NCBI GenBank assembly: GCA_043228905.1
Contig: JBHGNT010000012.1
Coordinates: 8,928,001 to 8,992,000, forward strand
Source of the DNA: Azolla caroliniana
Taxonomy: Eukaryota; Plantae; Polypodiophyta
Length of the DNA stretch: 64,000 nt
Direction: 5' to 3'
The notes under the pieces are model-generated. The model was given only the letters and a program-made list of their open reading frames with translations, did no database searches and was not told the origin of the DNA. The number at the start of each line of letters is the position of its first letter. Within the stretch, counting starts at the first letter, position 1. The translations under genes were made by a program, and so were the position numbers. Positions 1 to 10,531 of this stretch are shown piece after piece.

Positions 1-1708
1 CCCGATCCCGAAATGGATTCGGATGAAGAGGAAATGGAGGAGCCGGTTACCGAAGCTCCGGAACGGAGATATCCTCTAAGAGAGAGAAGGGCCCCCCGGA
101 GATTTCCGGAACCAGAGCACGTGCTGCTAACCGACGAGGGGGAGCCGGAGAGCTTTGAAGAAGCAAAGCATGACACCCAGAGCCGCAGGTGGTTGAGTGC
201 CATGCAGGACGAGATGGATTCCCTGCATGAGAACCACACATATGAACTTGTGGAGTTGCCGAAAGGAAAGCGGGCACTTCGGAACAAGTGGGTGTTCAAG
301 CTGAAACCGGGAGATGCCGAAAACCCCCCGAGATACAAAGCCAGGATCGTGGTGAAGGGGTTTCAGCAGAAGAAGGGCGTCGACTTCGACGAGATATTTG
401 CCCCGGTAGTGAAGATGACCTCCATCCGGACGGTGCTGAGCATAGCGGCAAGCATGGACCTCGAGGTAGAACAGATGGACGTGAAGACGGCATTCCTTCA
501 CGGTGACCTCGAAGAAGAGATCTACATGCAGCAACCGGAAGGATTTGAGAAGAAAGGGAAGGAGCACCTGGTATGCCGGTTGAAGAAGAGCCTTTACGGA
601 CTGAAGCAGGCTCCCCGGCAATGGTACTGGAAGTTCGACTCTTTCATGACCGACGAAGGGTACCTCAAAACGCAGTCCGACCACTGCGTGTTTGTGAAGA
701 AGTTCGAAGGAGGAGACTTTCTAATACTCCTCCTGTACGTACATGTTGATCGTCGGACGGGACCAGGTCAAGATACGGATGCTGAAGAAGGCTCTTCACC
801 GAACCTTCTCAATGAAGGACTTGGGTCCGGCGAGACAAATACTAGGGATGCACATCATCCGGGACCGGAGCAAGAAGCAGTTGTGGCTGTCACAGGAGAA
901 GTACGTGACAAAGGTGCTTAAACGGTTCAACATGTCAGAAGCAAGACCGGTCGGATCGACCCTCCCGGCAAACTGCAAGCTGACCAGCAAGCAAAGCCCC
1001 AAGACAAAGGCTGAGAAGGAGGACATGATGAAAGTGCCATATGCCTCTGCCGTCGGAAGCTTGATGTATGCAATGGTGTGTACAAGACCGGACATTGGAT
1101 ACGCAGTCGGAGTGGTGAGCCGGTACATGAGCAATCCCGGCAAAGAGCATTGGAACGCGGCCAAGTGGATACTCCGATACCTGAAGGGCACGGCAAACGT
1201 GTGCCTCCGATTCGGCTCCGGTAAGCCCGAACTCGACGGCTTCACCGATTCGGATATGTCGGCTGATGCAGATACCAGCCGGTCCACATCAGGGTATGTG
1301 ATGACGTATGCAGGGGGAGCTGTTTCATGGCAGTCGAGGCTGCAGAAGACGGTTGCGTTGTCAACCACGGAGGCGGAGTACATGGCGGCTGTTGAAGCTG
1401 GCAAGGAAATAATATGGATGAAGGACTTCATTAGAGAGCTCGGTATCCAGCAGGAGGAGTACCGACTCTACTGCGACAGTCAGAGTGCCATCCACCTTGC
1501 GAAGAACGCAGCCTATCACTCCCGGACGAAGCACATCCAGCGAAGATATCACTGGATCCGGGAAAGGATAGAAGACAAGGAGTTCGTGCTGACGAAGGTC
1601 CACACGGACGAGAACGGGTCGGATATGCTGACCAAGGTCCTCACACCCGACAAGCTGGAAGCATGCCGGAAGAGGATCGGATTGGAGAGACATCCCATGC
1701 CGAAGTGA
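1..1708 (+). pseudogene. Copia pol (RT + RNase H), frameshifted at the YVDD active site
   Basis: Reads ctgtacgtacatgttg (~733-748) versus ctgtacgtggacgacatgttg in Copia-6. A 5-nt deletion removes the catalytic DD and shifts the frame. Confidence 0.9.
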
Positions 1709-1718
1709 AGGGGGAGTT

Positions 1719-2308
1719 TGTTGGGATTTCGGTCCCTTCGGATGGGATGGTCGGATGTCGGAGATGAATGACGACAAGCCCGGTTGCGGTTTCGGAACCG
1801 GATGATGAAGATCCCGGCTTCGGAGCCGGATGACGAATGTACCCGGAGAGAGATCCGGATGCGGGGACATATTTGTGAATATGTTTGCCAAGGGCCCTTG
1901 AGGCTATAGTTGTAAATAGCCCGAAAGTCATATGTGTATAAATATGACTTAGGGCAAACAGTTTTAATGTTGTTGCTCATTTTTCTGTTTTCATCTAGAG
2001 GGAGCGAAGTGAGAGCAGCCGTGAGAGAGAGGAAAGGAAGAGGTCGACGCCTCTGTGTAATACCGCCGCCTGTGGCGAGGATAGCGAGCTCAAGGTCGTC
2101 GCCTTGCAGCTCGCCATTGTATATTTCCCAGCGTATAGTGATAGTTGGAGCCTTGCACTCCCGTGGTTTTTCCCGTCTAGGGTTTTCCACGTTAATCCCT
2201 GTGTATTCGTGTCTTTCTCTGTGTTTCCGATTTTTCTGCTGCATTGATTCGCGCTTCCTCGGTTGTGGCCGAGCGGTGAAGGTTGAATCGAAGCGTCGAT
2301 TCCCAACA
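1719..2308 (+). repeat. 3' LTR of Copia-1 (590 bp)
   Basis: TG...CA termini with inverted tgttggga/tcccaaca, preceded by the PPT; similar to the Copia-6 LTRs. Confidence 0.92.
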
Positions 2309-2325
2309 GTATGTAATATGTTATA

Positions 2326-2530
2326 GAGCTACTACCATAGTTTAGTACAATAGCTAATTAGCTACTACCATACTTTAGTTATAGTGGAATTTTAGCTAGT
2401 ATCATACTTTAGTTGAGTAGCTAATTAGCTAGTACCATACCTAAGTGAGGTAGCTAATTAGCTCAGTGGTAGCTAATTAGCTATTATCATAGTCTAAAAG
2501 AATAGCTAGTTCGCTAAGATGTAGCTAATT
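2326..2530. repeat. Cluster of palindromic TAGCTAATTAGCTA motifs
   Basis: Several agctaattagct / agctactaccata units. The same motif recurs at 30208-30241. Confidence 0.75.
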
Positions 2531-2549
2531 AATGACCATGTTGTTGTAG

Positions 2550-3045
2550 AATCTTGTGGATTAAGGAGAGCACATGAGGAGTCTGGTGCTAATGACGCTG
2601 CAACCGATGAGGAGATAGTTGCCAACGTGGCTGAAAGTAAGAGTCTTGCTATCACATCTCCTTAAGATAAGCTCCACCCTATTCTTTTGGAAGATGGTAA
2701 TGAATTAGGCAACGATGTTAAAGCCATGAAATATTGGAAACAACATGTAAATCTGAGGTTCACAACAATAGTGTTTTTGAACACTTGATGCAACATATCT
2801 TCGAATCCCAAAACCTTGATTCCACCCCACTGAGCCCAACTAGTGATAATGTCCAAACAGATCCCACCGTACTAGAAAAGTTAGTGCACGATGCGGCTGA
2901 CCTGCAAGCCGCTGCTGAGGTGATGGAAAGGTTGTAGAAGGAGGACACACTTGTGCAATGGGTCAAAGAAGCAAGGCAAAATGGGCAACCGGCTAGAAAA
3001 AGGCTGAAGAAGGGGCCATGATCGGGGACAAGACTAGTTACTCAG
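2550..3045 (+). pseudogene. Degenerate exon (acidic region + basic RKRLKK patch), probably upstream part of the FCP1-like gene interrupted by Copia-2
   Basis: Putative acceptor ttgtag ending at 2549. The frame has stops and one frameshift and runs up to the Copia-2 LTR. The link to 26058 is inferred. Confidence 0.4.
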
Positions 3046-3458
3046 TGTTGAGCGGCAAGCTCAACTAGAGCCGGATTGGCTGAATAAGCCTGAGCCGGCA
3101 AGTGAGACGGATCGGTAAGCCGTGAGCAATTGAGACGGCAAGCAACAGAGCCGGTGAGCTGGGGAGCTAGTTAGCCAGATCCAATTGGTAACCGGAAGCC
3201 TAGTATTAGTTTAGACTACTAGGCAGTTATAGTCTCGTAGTAAGTGTTAGGTGCTCGTGGGAGCATTGAAGTATGCGGTACTTCTGTCAGTCCCACGAGG
3301 ACTTGTATAAATAGTGCTACTGAGCACAATTGTATACACAGAGTGATTATATTGTTTTGAATATAGCTTTTACGTTCTGCTCTCTCTGTCTCTCCCGTGT
3401 ACTCTGTGTATTCTCTACTTTCTTTGTTTTCTAACGCTTCCACAAGTAATCGTTCACA
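3046..3458 (+). repeat. 5' LTR of Copia-2
   Basis: tgttgagcgg...ttcaca; direct repeat of 25664-26047. Confidence 0.9.
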
Positions 3459-3548
3459 TGGTGTCAGAGCGCGAGGGTTGAGAACCTCTATAGCCAACAA
3501 ACGCTTGAAAGCAAACCCTAACAGGTCGTAAGAACAACTGATAGAGAA

Positions 3549-6500
3549 GTGATGGATAGAGGGATGGCTAGCTCGCTCCCTATGGAGAAACTCGACAGAT
3601 CAAACTACGCATCTTGGTTGTACAAGATGCAGCAATACCTGCTTGGGCATGACTACTGGAGTTTCGTCGAAGGAGCCAACGAAACAGCACCTGATGCGGC
3701 ACATAAGGATTTCCTAGTGTGGGAACAATTGGCAAGTAGAGTGATGTACTGCTTCGCGTCCAGTGTCGGAGACTAGCTGCTGAGTCACATCCGAGATGTT
3801 AAGATGCTGAAAGAGGCTTGGGGAAACCTAAAGAAGGGTTTTGCTGCAAGTACCACAACTCGGAAGCTGCAACTGCAACAAGAGTTGAGCAATGTCCAAC
3901 AGAAGGACATGTCGGTGGGGGATTACACGGCCCGAATCAAAGAGATCTGTGACTCGCTTGCCTCCATCAATGTTACCGTAGAGGAAGACAAGATGGTACA
4001 GGTCTGTCTTGGGGGCCTGGCATCTAAGTTCAGAGCGTTCCGAATGGCAGTATGTACAAGCGAGAATACGACGTCATTCTTTGACTTACAGTCGATGCTC
4101 CTTGTAGAGGAGAACCATGTCTATGCGTCAACTAGCACACCCACTAACAGCCAAATGTTGAACACAGAGGCGGATCGGTCCCGTGGGTGTGGTGGATGAG
4201 GCGGGTCGGCACGCAATGGAGGCAACCCAGCAAGAGCAAGAACGAAGGCACAGAGAACGTGCCGACAGCAATTTCGGGACTTCCACAGGTAGGGGGAGTC
4301 AAGGCGGTGCCGGAGGCCGGCAAGACAAATCTGCAACGGAATGCTGGTACTGTGGCAAGAAGGGCCACAGAGAAAGCGAGTGCTGGAGAAAGCGCACCGA
4401 TTCGGACAAATCAGGATCCAGCAAGGCCGACAAGGATGGTCGGCAAAGCTCGCACTACGCGAAGAGATCAGGAGGATCCAAGAACAGTAACAGGCCAGCC
4501 TTGGTGATGAAGCACGAGGCGAACTCGATGAAGAAGACCACTTCCAAACCGGAGGAAGTGTGGTATGTTGATTCTGGTGCGTCAAACCACATGACGAGCC
4601 ACAAAGAGTGGTTCTCCTTTTTGGAGAAATTGGATCAACCAGGAGTAGTCGAAACCGGAGACGACACTCCTCACCCAATCGTGCACATCCGAGAAGTCCC
4701 TTTGAGCCACGTCGGACAAAAGGGGAAGCTCATGAATGTATTACACGTTCCGACAATCAAGAAGAACCTAGTGTTGGTCGGACAGATCGTCGACCAAGGG
4801 ATGCAGGTGCAGTTTATGCACCTTGGGTGCTTCATTGAGCCAAGTTATTGCGCAAGGGTGCAGAGATGGGAGGATGTTTATCCTCGACACCAATGACGTC
4901 GGCACCGCTCTATTTGTAGAAGGACAGAAGGTCGAGTCGGACATCGACCTGTGGCACAAGCGGATAGGCCACGTCAATTACCAAAGGCTTGAAGACCTGC
5001 AAACAAAACAAGTTGTTTCCGGTTTGCCGAAGTTCAGTGGCCGGGAGGCCCAAGTATGTGGAGCCTGCCAACTCGGGAAGCAACACCGGCTCCCATTCCC
5101 TACCGAGCGAAACTGGAGCCATAACAAGCTCAACCTTATCCATTCGGATGTGTGGGGACCGGCACAAAATGTCAGTCTTGGTGGGAGTCGATATTTCGTC
5201 TCCTTCATCTACGACTATATGCGGCACACATGGATCTACCTCATTGAGCGGAAGAGTGAAGTCTTCGAGTGTTTCTGAGGCCTCCAGAGGATGGTGGAAC
5301 GGGAATCTGATGCGACAAGGGCAATGCTGGAGGAGAAGAGCATGCCCAAATTCTACTAGGCGGAGGCAGTCCGAACGACTGTCTACATCCAGAACCGGAT
5401 CGGTGACAAGGTGTCAGCTCACGAGCTGTATTTCGGGCGCAAGCCGAATCTAAAACACCTTAGGATATTCGATAGCATTGCATATGTGCATGTGTCGGAT
5501 GAGAAGCGGAGGACGCTGGATGCAAAATCGGAAAAATGCATCCTAGTCGGCTATGCTCAAGAGCAAAAGGGTTATAAGTGTTATAACCCATGGACAAATC
5601 AGGTCCGAGTTAGTCGAGATGTTGAGTTTGATGAATCGGCATCATGGTATTCCTTACCGACTCCGACTTCCGATTCTGACCCGATGCCGGTGGATGAGGC
5701 TAGTGAGCTTGAACCAGCCCAGGTAGAGGATGATGAAGCGTGGACTCAGGATGAGAGTCCAGAATCGTTCCGGTTGAGCGGGCCAAACGAGAGACTGAGT
5801 CAATCTAACCAGTCTGATGAGGAACTGGCGAGTAGTGGAGACTCTGCCGTGCACTCCCCGCGCAAGAAACCGAGGAGAAGGTTAACGCGCAAAGAGAAGG
5901 GGAAGAAGAAGATGCCGGAATTTGAAACCGGCAACAATGAGTCGGATCGGTGTGCGTCCAACTCCGGCAAGGAGAAAGGCGGATCTTTGGCAACGAAGAC
6001 CGATCTGGCCAAGAAGGGCCTCAAATCGGGTAACGATGAGTTACGCCGGTCCACCCGCCAGAAGGATCCCGTCAAACGGTACGGGTACAATGAGTACATG
6101 GTGCATCACTATGGGTACATGACTAAGTTGGCGGAAGTGCATGAGCCAGAGAGCTACACAAAAACGGCAAAGGACACAAATTGGCGTGCCGCTATGGACG
6201 AAGAAATGCGGGCACTCGATGCCAACGAGACATGGGACCTGGTTGACCCTCCTCGTCACTGTAAACCGATCGGATGCAAGTGGGTATACAAGGTAAAGTA
6301 CAACGCCGACAGTTCTGTTAACTGGTATAAAGCCCGGTTAGTGGCGAAGGGATACACGTAGACCCATGGAATCGACTACGATGAGACCTTCACTCCTGTA
6401 GCGAAGATGACGACGGTTCGAGTGGTGCTGGCGGTTGTTGTGGAAAGGGGGTGGCATCTCCATCAGATGGATGTGAAGAATACATTTCTTCAAGGTGATC

Positions 6501-7492
6501 TTGAAGAAGAAGTCTTTATGACTGAGCCTCCCGGTTTTCAATCGGAGATGAACAAGTCGGCGGTATGCCGGCTGAAGAAGTCGTTGTACGGCCTGAAGCA
6601 AGCCCCTCGAGCTTGGAATACAAAGATCACGCACTGGTTGTGTAAGTTGGGTTTGTGGCCTCCAAATCGGACTCTTCATTGTTCATCTGACAAGGCTCAA
6701 ATGGTCCAGTATGTATACTGTTGTATGTTGATGATCTAGTCATCACCGGACCGGGTCTTCCAGAAATCCACTGGTCAGATGCCTTTGAGATGATTTCTAG
6801 GGATCGAGATGATCCGAACCCCGGACGGCATATTGCTCTCACAACGCCATTACGTGTTGAATATGTTGTACAAGTTTGGCATGATGGAATGCCGACCTGT
6901 CTCCACACCCCTGGACCGGAACCAGAAGCTCCGTCCCAACGCCGGACCGTCCTGCAATGTGAAACGGTTCCGACAAATCGTCGAAAGCCTTGTATATTAG
7001 ACCATCACCCAACCTGACATCAACTATCCGGTCGGAGTGATAAGCCAGTTCATGCAGCAACCAACAATTCAGTGCGCTCAACAGATATTGCGGTATGTCA
7101 ACGGCACGAAGGACCAGGGACTATTATACCGGCGAGGTATAACCGAAGAGCTCGTCGGTTACATGGATGCCGACTGGGCAGGCGATGCGTCGGATCGCAG
7201 ATCCACTTCCGTTTTATGTTTTCCCTTGGGAGCGTAGCTGTTGCGTGGAGCAGCAAAAAGCAACCAACAGTGGCTCTATCAAGCACTGAGGCTGAGTACC
7301 GGGGCACGACCATTGCCACCTGCGAAGCCATTTGGCTTCAACGACTGCTGCAAAACTTGCGGATCGAGGTACCAACCCCGATCCCAATTTATTGTGATAA
7401 CATCAGCAGCATGCAGCTCGCCAAGAACCCTGTGTTCCATGCTCGCACGAAGCACATAGAAGTGCATTATCACTTTGTGCGTGAGCGGGTCC
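3549..7492 (+). pseudogene. Copia-2 gag-pol with many stops/frameshifts; continues at 24875-~25010
   Basis: Zn knuckle CWYCGKKGHRESEC, protease WYVDSGASNH, GAG-pre-integrase LWHKRIGH, RT LYVDD, RH ...HFVRERV resuming as LSGEV...ADIFTKPL after Gypsy-1. Confidence 0.9.
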
Positions 7493-7940
7493 TGTTACCT
7501 GGCCGACAAAGGAGCAGAGACCAGAGTGTGAAAGGGATGGATATTCGGAATATATTTAATTAAGTAAAGTAGATTATAATTATGTAGAGAATAGACGGAC
7601 CGGAATCGGTATGCCGATCCGGATCCGGACCGATTCCGAACAGGTGCCGGTTGGCACCGTTTTGTACGCAGCACCCGTGACCTATATAAAGGCCCAGTTA
7701 CAATGTAAAACTTTAACGGAGAATTAATATAAGCGTCTGGTTTTATCTTCATGTATTGATTACCGTTCTGTCTTAATTGTTATATCTTACGCGTGTATTA
7801 AGTGAATGCCTTATTGCTAGGTAGCCAACTCAGTTGGATTAATTGTTGTGTCTTAAGTTATCTCGCCGTAACACCCCTTTGGTGAAGTGTCTTCCGGAGA
7901 CACCCTATGTTAGGCCATTCTCCGGCCCTAAGGATTAACA
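7493..7940 (+). repeat. 5' LTR of Gypsy-1
   Basis: tgttacc...ttaaca, TATA-like ctatataaa ~7682, followed by a short spacer and tggcgacca (PBS-like). Confidence 0.95.
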
Positions 7941-8271
7941 TAGTTTTTGGCGACCATGATTCCTGCACAATTGCAACGAACAGCGGCGGGAATGGATGAC
8001 GCGACCAACGAATGACCCAGTTACGGAGCGAGCAAGGCGACTTGCTGAACGGCTGAGGAAGCGAGAGGCTTTCTAGCAAGCGGCAGAAGAAATCAGAGTG
8101 GATCGCTCATTTTGGAAAGGGATCCGGAGAGTGGCCAAGGAATCACTTTGGCTACCACAAAACGCCTACCCAGACGAAGGAAGCAGCCTAAGTAGCCTCT
8201 GGGAAGCGGAATCCCTTCTCCAGGCATTGGCAGCGGGGTAAGGCGAATCCGAAGCATTTTCGGCATTTGAA

Positions 8272-9484
8272 TTGGGTTCGGACGGGGAATACAGCGCGCA
8301 GACGAACTACCGCAGTAGTAACAACACCCCAGGCGGACCAGAGGACGAGGAGTCAGATACTTTGCCGACACCAGAACCCGAATCGACAAGGCTAGAAACT
8401 CGGGTGTCGGAAGTCGACCACACTCCGAAACTAGAAGTCGAGGACAAGAGACCTCCGACACCGGAAGACGAGGAAGAGAAGCCTCCGCCACCGCAAGAGG
8501 AGCAGGAAAGACCTTCGACGGTGACAGAAGACCGGGGAAAACCTCCGACACCACCAGACGAGGAACGACCACCGACACCACCAGCCCGTGTACCGACACC
8601 AGACGACGATATGCCGTTCCAATATCCCAGATACCAGGATGATCGGAACGCAGAAGCCCATGTCCATGCGTTTCAGCAGACCTGGGAAGCGAACCGTGTG
8701 TTCCAACGCTTAAATACAGCCGAAGAGGAACGCTCAAAACGGGCAGAGTTCGGCATGACCTTGGAGGGACCGGCCGCCAAATGGCACCGAACACAAGATC
8801 CCAGCACCATCCCCATGTTTGAAACATTAAAGACAAAATTCTTGCATTTCTTCCACAAGGAGATGGACCAGCAGGAAATGGTCAGCTTATTTTACAGTAT
8901 CCAGCAGGAACCAACGGAGAACATCCAACAGTTTGTCATCCGGTTCCAGCGGATCCACAGTCAGCTCAGATGGACACCACCGGAGGAAGCAACAAAGGCC
9001 ATATTCTTAGCAGCACTCCGGGAACCCTTACAAATGGTGTGCACCATCATCGATTTCCGCACCAACAGCATAGATCAAGTGATTGACCGAGTTCGGGAAA
9101 TGGAAAACTCGAGTTCATGGCTAAGCATGGGTGCACTTCAGCGTATGCTACAGACAAAAGAGGACCTCCGTTTCTGACAAGCAGTTCAATGTACGATATG
9201 CCTGAATGCCGGACATTCGGCGGTGGAATGCACCATGCGTTCCTAATGCTTGCTCTGCCACTCCAAAAGTCACACAATGGAACGGTGTGAGTATAACTTG
9301 TTAAATCGACAAGCACCACCGGTCCGGCAAATTGAACGACGGAGCAACCGGGAGGAAGAAGAAGAACGCTGGCGGAGAGAGGAGCGCTACCGGCTGACAA
9401 AAGATGTCGGGTTTAGCGATCGAAGAGACACGTATGACCGGTATGATAGACAAGATAGATACCACGACTATAGCTGACGGTATG
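8272..9484 (+). pseudogene. Gypsy-1 gag (retrotransposon gag domain + two CCHC knuckles), split by the Sola1-like element
   Basis: LEGPAAKWH...FETLKTKFL...QQEPTENIQQFVIRF; CTICLNAGHSAVEC, CLLCHSKSHTMERC. The frame continues RYERYNRD at 17416. Confidence 0.88.
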
Positions 9485-10531
9485 AACACGTTCGCGTTCA
9501 CAGATGGAAGGATTGCGCATTCCACTTGTTAGAATGTTCTTAAAACGAAGCAAATACACCCTCTCTACAAAAATTGGATGCACTAGTATCACATGTTCCT
9601 CAACTTGATGAGAATTTGCAAATATAAAAATACATGATAGGTCTACGAGTGGAGATCATTAGAAATCATGCAAGTTTAGACGCGTTGATAAGTTAATGTA
9701 GGCATAATAAAGTTCAACAATGGCTCAATATGTCACTATTGTGCGACAAGGGAAACACTAACTTAAAGACTTATATTAATTAGGTAAGTTTTACAAAAAT
9801 ATCAGGTGTACTTGTATCCATACTAATAAAATGAGTTATAATTTATACTTTGACCCATACGTGCATGTATGTAATTGTGGAAAATGTAGGATAGTGCACA
9901 TTAGGATAAGTGATTGGAATAACTAACTTATTAAAGTATTCAATACTTGTATTTAAAGTTGATCTAATCTATTCCTCAGTTTGTTCATATGGGATCAAAC
10001 CATATGTATATAATTGTGGACAATGTAAGGCAGTGAACTTTAGGATAATGTCGTGGAAATAACAAACCTATTAGGCTTTCATCCCTCTATTTAAAATTGA
10101 TCTACTCTATTGCTTAGGTGATACACATAGCATCAAACTCCGAACGATAACGCAACTAGAACCATTATCAACACACTACACAATCTAAGCAGCAATGGAA
10201 TAGAAACATAATAGTTTTAACAATAGAAGACAAAGATCCATAATAACAACATGGACAGTCATGGCAACAATTGTAGGGCCATGTTCTGTTAAGGTTAGCT
10301 TGGACCAAAATCAGCCTCAATTTAAACTAATTCATGTTTCTCCATAAATTTGGTAGTCAGTTATGCACGCGGTGAAACCAATGTCATAAATCTACTAACC
10401 AAGTATATAAAAATAAAATTGAAACATATAGAAGATTATAAAGAATAGAATCCACTAGGTAAAACCCAAAATTTGTATTAATAATGTGAAATCCTAACAA
10501 ATCGTCAGTGTCATTTTCTTCATAGAGTCTA

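Larger units (their letters stand above)
1..2308 (+). mobile_element. Copia-1: Ty1/copia LTR retrotransposon, 3' part (5' part outside window); same family as Copia-6
   Basis: RT/RNaseH ORFs 13-921 and 743-1708, PPT gaagggggag 1707-1716, LTR tgttggg...cccaaca 1719-2308. Protein is nearly identical to the Copia-6 ORF. Confidence 0.95.

Noticed and set aside
127-1431. Long antisense ORFs opposite Copia pol (also 52871-54421, 43580-44392)
   Set aside because: Expected shadows of GC-rich coding sequence, with no independent motifs.
1934-2326. Small hydrophobic ORFs in LTRs (also 51967-52290, 56637-57017, 7495-7752)
   Set aside because: They lie wholly within LTRs and recur only because the LTRs repeat; no domain evidence.
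9855-10115. Imperfect ~140-bp duplication in the left arm of the Sola1-like element
   Set aside because: Only two degenerate AT-rich copies with no supportable function.
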